NCBI GenBank assembly: GCA_045657625.1
Contig: JAZOTM010000003.1
Location: forward strand, 5,574-69,573
Direction: 5' to 3'
Source: Lachnospiraceae bacterium
GTDB taxonomy: Bacteria > Bacillota > Clostridia > Lachnospirales > Lachnospiraceae
DNA length: 64,000 bases
The translations under genes and the position numbers were made by a program. Within the stretch, counting starts at the first letter, position 1; every line of letters begins with the position of its first letter. The notes beneath the pieces are model-generated. The model ran no database searches, had not been told where the DNA came from, and saw only the letters and a list, made by a program, of their open reading frames with translations. This document shows, one piece after another, positions 1-9,988 of the stretch.

Positions 1-839
1 CCATTGCTGAAATGGATGATGCTTATCCTTTGACCAATCACAATCGTATGGGATTTATTGCGGCAACTTATGCCATGGGCGCAGTGGTGGCACCTCTCAT
101 TGTAGGGGTTACGGTGCAGACAGCCCTTGGCTGGAAAGCTTTTTTTGCCTCTGATTTTTTGATTTCCCTGGTTCTTGGGATTTGGCTTGCAAAAATCAGC
201 TTTGCCCTGCGAGAACTTCCGGAGGGAGCAGAGAGTATCGAACTTGCAGAGATTTCTTTGACTGCTACAAAAGAAGACAGCTTGCGTCCCCAGCTCTTTG
301 GTATTTTCTTGCTTTGCTTTATTATGTTTATTTATGTCGGAGTGGAAAACGGCATTGGATTTTTCTTAAATGGATATTTATATGATGTCATGGAATCTTT
401 CCATGGATATATGGCCTTATCGTTGTTCTGGTTTGCTATGATTCCATCCAGAATATTGTGTGGTATTTTTGCAAAACACAGAAGCGTATTGCTTTGCTTG
501 GCCTCCATTGGCTCCACCTTGTTTTTGCTGTTCTTGGCTATGACGAAGAGCGAGGGATTGACCTTTGTGGTGATTTTTATTTTAGGTATATTCTGTGGCG
601 CTGTTTACCCCAACGTTTTGACTTATGCAGCAGACTTCGCCGGCAAACGCACCGCTACGGTAACTGCAGCCATCACCGTTGCTACGGGAATTGGTGGAAC
701 CGTGGTATCTGCAGCCTTTGGTTTTTGGGAAATGGCCTTAGGCTATCAGAATTCCTTTTTCATTTTGGCTGTGATTATGGCGCTGGACATTGTGGTATCC
801 ATCTGGGTCGTGAAGGGTGCCCACAAGTGGACGAAATAG
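1..839 (+). CDS. MFS-type membrane transporter, C-terminal portion (5' end outside window)
   Basis: ORF 12..839 is uniformly hydrophobic with about 7 helix-like segments. The frame has no stop back to base 3, so the true start is probably upstream of the window. Family call is from overall appearance only. Confidence 0.5.
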   Translation, partial: IAEMDDAYPLTNHNRMGFIAATYAMGAVVAPLIVGVTVQTALGWKAFFASDFLISLVLGIWLAKISFALRELPEGAESIELAEISLTATKEDSLRPQLFGIFLLCFIMFIYVGVENGIGFFLNGYLYDVMESFHGYMALSLFWFAMIPSRILCGIFAKHRSVLLCLASIGSTLFLLFLAMTKSEGLTFVVIFILGIFCGAVYPNVLTYAADFAGKRTATVTAAITVATGIGGTVVSAAFGFWEMALGYQNSFFILAVIMALDIVVSIWVVKGAHKWTK

Positions 840-1220
840 ATTTTGGAAAAGATAAAAATATGGTAGAAACTTATGCTCCTTTTTGAGCACGAAGTACCCC
901 CTTTTTTTTCGCTATAACAAAAGAGAAAGAAAAAAGGGGGGCTTCTTTTACAAAGGCCTATACAGGAAGTCTTTCTACAACAACAGAGAAAGACTTGCTG
1001 GAAAATATGGAACTTCTCCCGGGATATGTACAGTCTCAAAGTACAATGATGTGGGGTGTGGATCATCAAAGATGGCCATGGTTATACTTTAATCATTGTG
1101 GTTGGTTAGAAGAAGAATCTTAAAAAAATTTGTAAACCAAACCTTTTTTTAAAACTTTACTTGTGCTATGCTTAATAAGGTCGTGGAGACGACAATGTAG
1201 CAACGAGGAGGATATGAAAA

Positions 1221-2960
1221 ATGTTTTGCGAGAATTGTGGAACAATGCTCCCGGATGGAAGTGCGTTTTGTAGTAACTGTGGTACAAAACTAGGAGGATT
1301 TGTACAGCAGGTGAATGCAGAAATGCTTCCTCCAAATCAGGAAACGGAAGCAACACCGGTACAACAGCCGGAAGTAAAAGCAGAAGAACAGGTGACACAG
1401 GAGCCTGTTATGCAAGCAGCAGCGACAGAAGAACACGAGACAGAAGAAAATACACAGGAGGCGGTGCAGTCACAAGAGCCAGTACAGCCACAAGAACCGG
1501 TGCAGCCACAAGGTGGATTTGCACCGAATGGTTACGATTCGAACGATTATAACCCGAATGGATTTAACCAAGGTTACAATCAGGGATATAACCCGAATCC
1601 GAACAATATGAATTACAACGGACCAATGAACGGCCCCACGGGACAGCCGATGCCACCGGTGAAGAAGAAAAAAACCGGCTTGATTATTGGCGTTATTGCA
1701 GCTGTGTTGGTGGTATTGCTGTTGGCAGCTGTTGGATATAAAGTGCTTGTGAAACCAACCATAGAGTTGGATCCTTATATCACAGTCTCAGCAGAGGGTT
1801 ATGACACCAAGGGAGAAGCTACGGTGGCATTTGATTTGGCAGCCTTTGAAGAAGAATACGAAGATGTTTTGCAGAAGCGCACCCAGGAAGGTGCTTCTTT
1901 TACACAGGATAGTGCTTATGTGTTTGCAGATGATATGGACGATAGTGCTTCTGCACGTTTCTTACAGATTTGTGTAGGCGGTTCCTTAAGTGAGACAGAG
2001 GATATCAGCAATGGAGATACCATTACTTTTCAATGGGATTGTGATGATGAAAATGCATTGGAAACCTATGGGGTAAAACTTTCCTATTCTGATATTACCT
2101 ATACCGTAAGTGAGTTGGAAGAAGTAGAAATATTTGACCCCTTTGAAGGCATCACCGTTGAATTTAGTGGTGTAGGACCCTATGCTACAGCAAAGATTAG
2201 CGGGACCCCCACCAATGAGGCGGCTCAAGGTCTTTCTTATGAACTGGATGTGGACTCCGGTTTGACTTTAGGGGATGAAGTTACGGTTACTGTTTCCGGT
2301 GGCGGATATGATACCTTAGAGGATTATTGTTTAAAGAATTATGGAATGGTTCCATCGGAAACAACCAAGACCTTTACGGTGGAAGGAATCAGTGCCTATG
2401 TGACAGATATTTCCCAGTTTACTGATGATGCTTTGGCTGATTTGCAGGAAGAAGCCGAAGATGCCTTAGATTATGAAATGTATTACTATTGGTCAGACAA
2501 GGAAACCTTGGTTGACTTTTCTTACCAGGGTATGATTTTAGCAAATCTGAAAGATGGATATGAAGACTACCTGGATTATTTTTCTTATTATGGAATTGAT
2601 GCAGGAAACTTTGTGTTCCTTTGCTATGAAGTGACAGTTCATTGTGAGCAGGGTTCTTATAGTCAGGATAACACCTATTATTGTTATTATGGTTTCAGTG
2701 GTGTGATGATGGATGAAGACGGGAATGTGTCCTATGATGAGGATAATATTATGACTACTTCTGATGAAGTTGATTTTGCTTATTCCGGTGGACGCTTCTA
2801 CTATTATGGATATGAGACCATGGAAGACTTATATGATGCAGCAATTGTACAGGAAGAGTTTGATACAGTTTATGACATTACAGAGAATGTATTAAGTACA
2901 GATGCTACGACCATGAGCCCGGAAGAAGATTTGGACGAAACAAGTAGTTCTGATTTATAA
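1221..2960 (+). CDS. Zinc-ribbon / single-pass membrane protein with large acidic extracytoplasmic domain
   Basis: N-terminus is CENCG..x11..CSNCG (zinc-ribbon). It is followed by a Q/P/E-rich then N/G/Y-rich low-complexity linker, a KKKK + TM (GLIIGVIAAVLVVLLLAAVGY), and a 400-aa D/E/Y-rich domain. SD GAGGAGGA lies upstream. Confidence 0.7.
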   Translation: MFCENCGTMLPDGSAFCSNCGTKLGGFVQQVNAEMLPPNQETEATPVQQPEVKAEEQVTQEPVMQAAATEEHETEENTQEAVQSQEPVQPQEPVQPQGGFAPNGYDSNDYNPNGFNQGYNQGYNPNPNNMNYNGPMNGPTGQPMPPVKKKKTGLIIGVIAAVLVVLLLAAVGYKVLVKPTIELDPYITVSAEGYDTKGEATVAFDLAAFEEEYEDVLQKRTQEGASFTQDSAYVFADDMDDSASARFLQICVGGSLSETEDISNGDTITFQWDCDDENALETYGVKLSYSDITYTVSELEEVEIFDPFEGITVEFSGVGPYATAKISGTPTNEAAQGLSYELDVDSGLTLGDEVTVTVSGGGYDTLEDYCLKNYGMVPSETTKTFTVEGISAYVTDISQFTDDALADLQEEAEDALDYEMYYYWSDKETLVDFSYQGMILANLKDGYEDYLDYFSYYGIDAGNFVFLCYEVTVHCEQGSYSQDNTYYCYYGFSGVMMDEDGNVSYDEDNIMTTSDEVDFAYSGGRFYYYGYETMEDLYDAAIVQEEFDTVYDITENVLSTDATTMSPEEDLDETSSSDL

Positions 2961-3142
2961 AAAAAGAGCATAGAGAACCTCTTTCCTTGGAATGGCATAG
3001 CTGTTCCGGGAAAGGGGTTTTTTAATTTTTTGTGAATAATAGTTTCTGAGGGATGACGTTTTTAGGGAAATATTTATAATGGAAATTAGAAGTATTTTTT
3101 GAAAATACGTATTAGGGAAGGTTACAAAGGAGGAGTGCATAG

Positions 3143-5575
3143 ATGGAGTTGTTGGAGTACGAAAAAGAACATTTGATTCGACTTCGCAAAGGCTTAGGGG
3201 AATGCATGGTTTTACTGAAAAAAGATGGAGAGTTTCCAATTGAGAAGCCTTGTAAAGTGGCTTTGTATGGAAATGGTGCCCGGGAGACTGTGAAAGGGGG
3301 GACAGGATCCGGCGAGGTAAATTCCCGTTACTTTGTAAACGTGGAAAAGGGTTTGGAGAAATCCGGTTTTACCATCACCACCACCAAATGGTTAGATGCA
3401 TATGATGAACAGCGAAAGCTTTTTCGCAAGAACTATATAGCCAAAGTAAAAAAAGAAGCAAAAGAGGCAAAGCAAAATCCGATTATGGTCTTGATGGGGA
3501 TGACCATTCCGGAAATGGAATATGAGATTCCGTTGGATGGAGAAGGAGAAATTGCACTCTATGTGCTTGCCAGAAATTCCGGAGAGGGCAACGACAGAAA
3601 ACCGGAAAAAGGGGATGTGAAATTAACCGATACTGAAGTGCGAGACATTTTGGTCCTCAATCAAAAATATCAAAAGTTTATGTTGTTATTGAATGTAGGG
3701 GGCGTTGTGGATTTAAGCCCTGTGCAGGATGTAAAAAACATTTTGATTTTGTCCCAGTTGGGAGTAGAGACCGGATTCGCATTGGCGGATGTGCTTTTGG
3801 GAAAACAGAATCCATCCGGTAAATTGACTACGACCTGGAGTGCCTATGAGGATTATGCGGAAATCGGTGAATTTGGACAACGAGATGAAACGCGTTATAA
3901 GGAAGGCGTTTATGTAGGGTATCGCTATTTCGATAAAATGGGAAAAAAGGCCTTGTTTCCTTTTGGATATGGACTTTCTTTCACGGAATTCAAGGTTTCT
4001 GAGGAAAAGGTGCATGTAACGGGAACGGAAATTACAGTTTCTGCCACGGTAAAAAATATTGGAAAACACAAAGGCAAGCAGGTTTTACAATTGTATGTCA
4101 GCCCACCACAGGGAAAACTGGATAAGCCATATCAGACCTTGGTGGGATTTAAAAAAACCGGTGTGTTAAAAACCCAGGAAGCGGAGACCATTACCATTTC
4201 CTTTGATTTACGAGATGCAGCTTCCTATGATGAAAAGAGAGCTTTGTACTATCTGGAAGAAGGCGACTATGTCCTTCGTCTAGGTGTATCCAGCATGGAT
4301 ACAAAGCCGGTGGCTCTTTGCAAATTGGAAAAGGAGTTGTCGGTACGACAGGTACAAAATCTGTTGGGTTCCCCGGATTTCCGGGATTTCAAACCTCAGG
4401 TGGAAGAAACAAAAGAAGCCTTGGCAGAAGTACCCTTGTATTTTGTGGATACCAAGGATTACAAAGTGGAAGAGGTTTCCTATGAGACCCAAGATGTCAT
4501 TGAAGACATGGTAAAGAAATTGACTACGGAAGAATTGGCAGCCTTAAATATAGGGTCTTTTAAAACCAAGAGTGGAATTCAAAGTGTAATCGGACAGGCC
4601 AGTGATAAACTTGCAGGGGCAGCAGGAGAAACCTCTTCTGTCGCTGTCAGTCGAGGCATTCAGACTTTGGTCATGGCGGATGGACCGGCAGGTATTCGTA
4701 TCGCAAAGGATTACTATATTGATTCCAAGGGCGCAGCTAAGTCCGTAGGAAATGGCATGATTGAAAGCATGGAAGAGTTTTTCTCTCCGGCAGCCAGGTT
4801 GGTGGTAAAGATGGTAACGGGGTCTGCCAGAAGAGTGACAGAGAACGTAAAACATCATTATGCCACGGCACTTCCCATTGGAACGGCCATTGCTCAAAGT
4901 TTTAATCTGAACTTTGCAGAAACCTGTGGTGATATTGTAGGGGATGAAATGGAACGCTTTGGGGTACATTTGTGGTTGGCCCCGGCGTTGAATATTCATC
5001 GTAATATTTTATGTGGTCGCAATTTTGAATATTATTCTGAGGATCCTTATGTGTCCGGAAAGGTTGCTGCAGCCATTACAAGAGGTGTGCAGAAACACAA
5101 GAATTGTGGGACTACCATCAAACACTTTGCAGCCAATAATCAGGAGTATTGCCGTTATATGAATAACAGTCAGGTATCTGAGCGAGCAATGCGTGAAATC
5201 TACTTAAAGGGCTTTGAAATCTGTGTGAAGGAATCGCAGCCCAAGGCTTTGATGACTTCCTACAACTTGTTGAATGGAACACATACTTCTGAAATGCATG
5301 GACTCAACCAGGATATTTTACGATGCGAATGGGGGTTTCGTGGGATTGTGATGACCGACTGGGTAATCAGTGGCATGGAAGAGAAAAACGCAAAATATGG
5401 AGCACCGGTTCCATATAAGGTGGCCGCATCCGGAAACGATTTATTTATGCCCGGGCACAAGAAAAATTACGAAGATTTGATGCAAGCGGTACAGAACGGT
5501 GACATCAGTAAGCGGGAATTGCAACGCAATGCTTCTCGCATCTATAGACTGACAAAAGAACTAAATCAAGGCTAA
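3143..5575 (+). CDS. Glycoside hydrolase family 3 (beta-glucosidase-like), permuted domain order
   Basis: C-terminal half carries barrel-domain motifs (KHFAANNQE, GFRGIVMTDW with the nucleophile Asp). N-terminal half carries sandwich-domain motifs (SGEGNDR, PSGKLTTTW, YRYFD, FPFGYGLSFTEF) plus an Fn3-like segment. Confidence 0.85.
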   Translation: MELLEYEKEHLIRLRKGLGECMVLLKKDGEFPIEKPCKVALYGNGARETVKGGTGSGEVNSRYFVNVEKGLEKSGFTITTTKWLDAYDEQRKLFRKNYIAKVKKEAKEAKQNPIMVLMGMTIPEMEYEIPLDGEGEIALYVLARNSGEGNDRKPEKGDVKLTDTEVRDILVLNQKYQKFMLLLNVGGVVDLSPVQDVKNILILSQLGVETGFALADVLLGKQNPSGKLTTTWSAYEDYAEIGEFGQRDETRYKEGVYVGYRYFDKMGKKALFPFGYGLSFTEFKVSEEKVHVTGTEITVSATVKNIGKHKGKQVLQLYVSPPQGKLDKPYQTLVGFKKTGVLKTQEAETITISFDLRDAASYDEKRALYYLEEGDYVLRLGVSSMDTKPVALCKLEKELSVRQVQNLLGSPDFRDFKPQVEETKEALAEVPLYFVDTKDYKVEEVSYETQDVIEDMVKKLTTEELAALNIGSFKTKSGIQSVIGQASDKLAGAAGETSSVAVSRGIQTLVMADGPAGIRIAKDYYIDSKGAAKSVGNGMIESMEEFFSPAARLVVKMVTGSARRVTENVKHHYATALPIGTAIAQSFNLNFAETCGDIVGDEMERFGVHLWLAPALNIHRNILCGRNFEYYSEDPYVSGKVAAAITRGVQKHKNCGTTIKHFAANNQEYCRYMNNSQVSERAMREIYLKGFEICVKESQPKALMTSYNLLNGTHTSEMHGLNQDILRCEWGFRGIVMTDWVISGMEEKNAKYGAPVPYKVAASGNDLFMPGHKKNYEDLMQAVQNGDISKRELQRNASRIYRLTKELNQG

Positions 5576-5594
5576 TAGAGCGAAAACAAACTAG

Positions 5595-5630
5595 AGGGAT
5601 TTGTATATTTCCTATATACAAATCCCTTTA
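5595..5630 (+). terminator. Intrinsic terminator after GH3 gene
   Basis: 14-bp perfect stem AGGGATTTGTATAT/ATATACAAATCCCT with a 5-nt loop, then TTT. Confidence 0.7.
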
Positions 5631-5746
5631 GTTGTCTAAATATAGTGCAGTATTTACGACAAATCGCAGGGTTTGTTCATTGACAGTAAAAATGCCATTT
5701 CCTAAAATAAACAAAAAATGAGGAACCATGTAAGAAGGAGGAAGTT

Positions 5747-7240
5747 ATGGCATCGGTAGTAAAGAACGTTTCTCATGCAGCAGAACGTCAGGTATTTAGT
5801 GTTGCAATTGAGAAATTTTTAAAGTCGGTCAAGAATCAGGAAGGTGACCGTACAGAAACATATTTGAAGTTGGTGGATGCTGCCGGAAAGTTCTGGGGAA
5901 AGAATGTAAAGCCGGAGTCTTTAGAAAGCGTAAAGAAAGCAATTCAGGATCCGGACAATCGTTGGGTGAAATTTATCAATCGTGTCATTGATGAAACACA
6001 TCCAAACGTAGCAAAAATGGCCTTGTTGAATTTAGGATACGAAGCCTTTTTCCGTGGAACAAAAACCATTCGTGAAAATAGAGAAAAATACGGTTGTAAT
6101 ATTCCTTGGTTAATTCTTTTTGACCCAACCAGTGCCTGTAATATGCACTGTGCAGGATGCTGGTCCGGCACATATGGTCATAAGAGCAATTTGTCCTTCG
6201 AAGATATGGACAAGATTGTAACCCAGGGTAAAGAACTTGGTGTTTACCTTTATATGTTAACCGGTGGAGAACCATTGGTACGTAAGAAAGACGTTCTTCG
6301 TTTGGCTGAAAAGCACAACGATGTAGAATTTTCTATTTTTGATAACTCTACTTTGATTGACGAAGAATTCTGCCAGGAAGTAGTACGTTTAGGAAACATT
6401 ACCTTCCAGTTATCCATCGAAGGAACTCCGGATACCAACGATGCACGTCGTGGAATCGGACATTATGATGCAGTTATGAATGCCATGGATTTATTCCAGA
6501 AATACGGAATTATTTTTGGTACATCAATCTGCTACACAAGACAGAATATCGAAGCAGTTACTGATGAGAAATTCATCCGTATGATCGCGGATAAGGGAGC
6601 AAGATTTGGATTTTTCTTCCACTATATGCCGGTTGGAAACAATGCCGTTCCGGAATTAATGCCAACAGTAGAACAGCGTGAAAAGATGATTCAGACCATT
6701 CGTGATTTGCGTTCTGATAAATGTGATATTGGATTCTTCCCAATGGATTTCCAAAATGATGGAGAGTACGTTGGTGGATGTATTGCCGGAGGTAGAAACT
6801 ACTTCCACATCAATTCAAACGGAGATGCAGAACCATGTGTATTCATTCACTTCTCCAATACAAACATCCATGAGAACTCTATTTTGGAAATGTTACAGAG
6901 CCCATTATTCATGGCTTACCATGAAGGACAGCCATTCAACCGTAACCACTTAAGACCATGCCCAATGTTGGAAAACCCACAGTTATTAAGAGAAATGGTT
7001 GAAAAGACAGGCGCTCACGGAACCAACGAAGAATCCGAAGAGACCGTAGAACACTTATGTGCAAAATGCGATAATTATGCGGCTGAGTGGGGGCCGGTGG
7101 CTGATCGTGTCTGGGCAAGCCAAAACCACAAGAGACCAAAATACGAGAATTATACAAAAGAAAAGAGAGAACATCCGGAACTCGCAGCTTTCGAGCATGC
7201 AGTAGACTTTGTTGCATCCGAAGAAACAGTTATGGGCTAG
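5747..7240 (+). CDS. Radical SAM enzyme with C-terminal auxiliary Cys-rich (SPASM/twitch-like) region
   Basis: CNMHCAGCW (CxxxCxxC) about 130 aa in. Later GGCIAGGRNYFHINSNGDAEPCVF and LRPCP. Strong SD AAGGAGGA. Confidence 0.8.
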   Translation: MASVVKNVSHAAERQVFSVAIEKFLKSVKNQEGDRTETYLKLVDAAGKFWGKNVKPESLESVKKAIQDPDNRWVKFINRVIDETHPNVAKMALLNLGYEAFFRGTKTIRENREKYGCNIPWLILFDPTSACNMHCAGCWSGTYGHKSNLSFEDMDKIVTQGKELGVYLYMLTGGEPLVRKKDVLRLAEKHNDVEFSIFDNSTLIDEEFCQEVVRLGNITFQLSIEGTPDTNDARRGIGHYDAVMNAMDLFQKYGIIFGTSICYTRQNIEAVTDEKFIRMIADKGARFGFFFHYMPVGNNAVPELMPTVEQREKMIQTIRDLRSDKCDIGFFPMDFQNDGEYVGGCIAGGRNYFHINSNGDAEPCVFIHFSNTNIHENSILEMLQSPLFMAYHEGQPFNRNHLRPCPMLENPQLLREMVEKTGAHGTNEESEETVEHLCAKCDNYAAEWGPVADRVWASQNHKRPKYENYTKEKREHPELAAFEHAVDFVASEETVMG

Positions 7241-7282
7241 TTTTTTTCATACAGGAGAAGGCTTACATATAACCTAAGAAGG

Positions 7283-7320
7283 AAACCCCCTTTGCTGGTA
7301 ACACAGTGAAGGGGGTTTGC
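7283..7320 (+). terminator. Intrinsic terminator after radical SAM gene
   Basis: AAACCCCC...GGGGGTTT stem with an extended imperfect inner stem. Confidence 0.6.
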
Positions 7321-7327
7321 ATAGAAA

Positions 7328-7392
7328 TACGTCAGAAATACTTTTTGAACGATTTAGCGTCAGCGACTAGTGAAAAAAGTTTTTCTGACGTA
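7328..7392 (+). repeat. 65-bp hairpin repeat, family 1, copy 1
   Basis: TACGTCAGAAATACTTTTT-[26-nt loop GAACGATTTAGCGTCAGCGACTAGTG]-AAAAAAGTTTTTCTGACGTA. Nearly identical to copies at 9038 and 19029, in the same orientation. Confidence 0.9.
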
Positions 7393-7468
7393 TTTTGATT
7401 TACGCAGGTGAGAAAAAATAATTATAATAAATGAGAGAGTAATTACATTACATTGGAGGACGGAATTT

Positions 7469-8317
7469 ATGAAAAATGAAAAAGTTTTAAATGGAATACT
7501 GGTTGTGTTAATAGCGGTCTGTGTAGCATGCTGTTCATGTTTTGTTGGGGCAAATAAGGTTCAATCATTTGAATGGGTACAAAATGCGGTAGTGCAATTG
7601 GAAGACAGCCAAGATACAATTATGAGATTTTCAGAGGCGACGTTGGCCATTTCACTTGTACTTGTTTTATTACCTGGGGATGCGGGAGAAAGTCAAATGA
7701 AGGTTTTATCTTATATGGAAGTGTTCTTTATCGCAATGTTGGGAATCATTTTCTTTGAACAATTGCTGGCAATAGAAGGAGGGTATATAGCTTTGCGATT
7801 TTTGATTCCTATAGCCGCTATATTTTTTGTCCTTTTTTGGTTTACGAGAAATGAAAGAGTGAAGAGAATAACGGTGAAGTTGATAGTTATAGCAGTGGCT
7901 TTGATAGCATTAGTTCCAGTGGGTATTAATATGTCAGATTCCATGTGTAGTAATTATTTGGCGTATGTGGAAGAAACAATTGATGAAGCGGAGTTTGGAG
8001 CAGAACAGGTTAATGATATGGTTGAGAATTCTTCTAATGAAGATGCGAGCTTTTTAGATAAAATATCGGAGGCATTTCAAACTGCGGTGAATGGAGTAGA
8101 GGAGTTTGTTGATTATATAAACAGTCTTATTAAAAAATGTATGAATGCAGTGGCTGTATTGCTTATTACAGTTTTTCTTGCTCCATTATTTATTTTTATT
8201 CTTTTGGTTTGGGGCACGGCTCAATTAGTTGGCTTGACTATGGATACAGTTCAAGGCGCTGCAAGTAAACTGATTGAAAGAGAGCATAGAAAAGAGGATC
8301 GAATCGATGAAAAATAA
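7469..8317 (+). CDS. Polytopic membrane protein, unknown function
   Basis: 5-6 hydrophobic helices, with an acidic helical segment (YVEETIDEAEFGAEQVNDMVENSSNED...) before the last TM. SD GGAGGA upstream. Confidence 0.65.
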   Translation: MKNEKVLNGILVVLIAVCVACCSCFVGANKVQSFEWVQNAVVQLEDSQDTIMRFSEATLAISLVLVLLPGDAGESQMKVLSYMEVFFIAMLGIIFFEQLLAIEGGYIALRFLIPIAAIFFVLFWFTRNERVKRITVKLIVIAVALIALVPVGINMSDSMCSNYLAYVEETIDEAEFGAEQVNDMVENSSNEDASFLDKISEAFQTAVNGVEEFVDYINSLIKKCMNAVAVLLITVFLAPLFIFILLVWGTAQLVGLTMDTVQGAASKLIEREHRKEDRIDEK

Positions 8318-8993
8318 GCATTTTTTTTGTTACGGTATTATATATTTTCTATTGATTGCGGGATGTATTGTATCTGTATATTATGGTAAAAATCTTTCGA
8401 AAGAGAATGTAACATATGAAGATGGGGTAGAAAGTATAGATGCAAATACGATTGTGCTTTTAAATAGTGGGGCAGAAGTGACTTTTTCGGAAGTAATCCT
8501 ATCACAACCGCAAGAAACTAGAAAATTGGTTGTTTTTGAACAAGAGGCAGAAGTTAGCTTTACCATAAAAAAATCCAGATTGCTTAAATGGAATGCCTTA
8601 TCTCAAAGCCAGAATATTACATACAAAGCAAAAGGGCAGTTTGTTGTAGATTTGGATTCTTTGACAGAAGAGAACATTATAGATAATTCGGATGAGAATA
8701 TACTTACAATAAAAATTGAACATCCGTATTTGGATGCGATTGTGGTTGACCCAGATAAAATAAGTTTAGAAGATACAGAGAATGGGATTCTTTCTTTTGG
8801 AGATTTAGTGCTTCCTGTAGATGATTTTGTTGAAATTGAAAAAGAATTACAAGACAGGTTAGAGGCTGAATTGGATACCTCCGCCAATGGACAAGCAGCA
8901 GATGATATAGCCATTGAAATGGTGACAGCGATTTATGAACCGGTGGTGAAGGCCGTGGATAAGGACTACACCTTGGTGGTGGAATTTCAATGA
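8307..8993 (+). CDS. N-terminally anchored protein, DUF4230-like appearance
   Basis: Likely start is ATG 8307 (SD AAGAGGA), overlapping the upstream stop by 11 nt. Has an N-terminal TM (FFCYGIIYFLLIAGCIVSVYY) then a mixed beta/alpha domain. The DUF4230 assignment is from memory of the family's shape and is not verified. Confidence 0.55.
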   Translation: MKNKHFFCYGIIYFLLIAGCIVSVYYGKNLSKENVTYEDGVESIDANTIVLLNSGAEVTFSEVILSQPQETRKLVVFEQEAEVSFTIKKSRLLKWNALSQSQNITYKAKGQFVVDLDSLTEENIIDNSDENILTIKIEHPYLDAIVVDPDKISLEDTENGILSFGDLVLPVDDFVEIEKELQDRLEAELDTSANGQAADDIAIEMVTAIYEPVVKAVDKDYTLVVEFQ

Positions 8994-9037
8994 TACAAAA
9001 ATTTGATAGAATTTTTGATGGTCATAGTGTAAATTCA

Positions 9038-9101
9038 TACGTCAGAAATACTTTTTGAACGATTTGCGTCAGCGACTTGTGAAAAAAGTTTTTCTGACGT
9101 A
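9038..9101 (+). repeat. 65-bp hairpin repeat, family 1, copy 2
   Basis: Same sequence as 7328..7392 apart from a 1-nt deletion and one substitution in the loop (GATTTGCGTCAGCGACTTGTG). Confidence 0.9.
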
Positions 9102-9241
9102 TAGTTATATACCCCATGTGAAAGGCATTTTTGGCGGATTCTTTTTATAATTGTTTTAGTGGGTTGAAATAGAAAAAAATAATTTCGTGTGATAAACTAA
9201 AAAAGGATTTGTGTTTAATACATAGGTGTTGGGAGAGAAAG

Positions 9242-9988
9242 ATGTTAGCTAGTTTAAAAATGGAAATCGTGGGGGAAGACATTTCATATAAAAAAGCTTC
9301 TAGTTTTCAAGGAGTTTTGTTCGAAAAGATAGAATCTGGATATGCGGAGTTTCTGCATAATCAACAGATGCATCCTTATAGTCAGTACTTGTGTAAAGAA
9401 CAAGATAAAGTGTATTGGTACATTAATACTTTAGACAAGGATGCATATCAAAATATTATTCAAACTCTTAAGAGTCAAAGTTTTCAATCCTTTTATTTAA
9501 AACATGGGAATACAGAAGTTCAGATTATATCTAAAGAAGAGAAGAATTATTCATATGAAGCATTATTGGCTGATTTTTATAAAAAAAAAGCCGATAGAAA
9601 TCTTTCTATTTCACTGAAGTCAGTTACTTCTTTTAAACAAAGAGGGAGATATAATGTAGTACCTGATCTGAGATTGATTTATCAGAATTTGATGATGCGT
9701 TATAGTGCTGTCGCTGGCAATGAAAACATGATAGATGCGGATGCATTGGAGGAATTAGTTGATGAGTCTATGATAACTCGGTATCGATTAAAAACTGCGA
9801 CGTTTCCGATGGAAGGCCGTATGATTCCGGGTTATATAGGAGACTTGACGATTCATATTAATGGAACGGAAACAATGGCTAGATACGCTAGAATGTTATT
9901 TCAATTTGGAGAATATTCGGGAGTTGGCATAAAAACGGCAATGGGTATGGGTGCACTAGAATTACGGGAGGAAAAAAATGCAAGATAA
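9242..9988 (+). CDS. cas6: Cas6 CRISPR repeat endoribonuclease
   Basis: First gene of the cas operon. C-terminal glycine-rich loop GVGIKTAMGMGAL is typical of Cas6. Preferred start is ATG 9242 (SD GGGAGAGAAAG). Confidence 0.8.
   Translation: MLASLKMEIVGEDISYKKASSFQGVLFEKIESGYAEFLHNQQMHPYSQYLCKEQDKVYWYINTLDKDAYQNIIQTLKSQSFQSFYLKHGNTEVQIISKEEKNYSYEALLADFYKKKADRNLSISLKSVTSFKQRGRYNVVPDLRLIYQNLMMRYSAVAGNENMIDADALEELVDESMITRYRLKTATFPMEGRMIPGYIGDLTIHINGTETMARYARMLFQFGEYSGVGIKTAMGMGALELREEKNAR

Noticed and set aside
874-1000. Long hairpins in the 380-bp gap after the MFS gene. One is GAAGTACCCCCT8...A6G6CTTC at about 891..945, and the other is AAGTCTTTCT/AGAAAGACTT at about 966..996.
   Set aside because: These are probably terminator or stabiliser structures. 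I recognised no conserved riboswitch core or repeat partner elsewhere in the window, so the evidence is too weak to call a feature.
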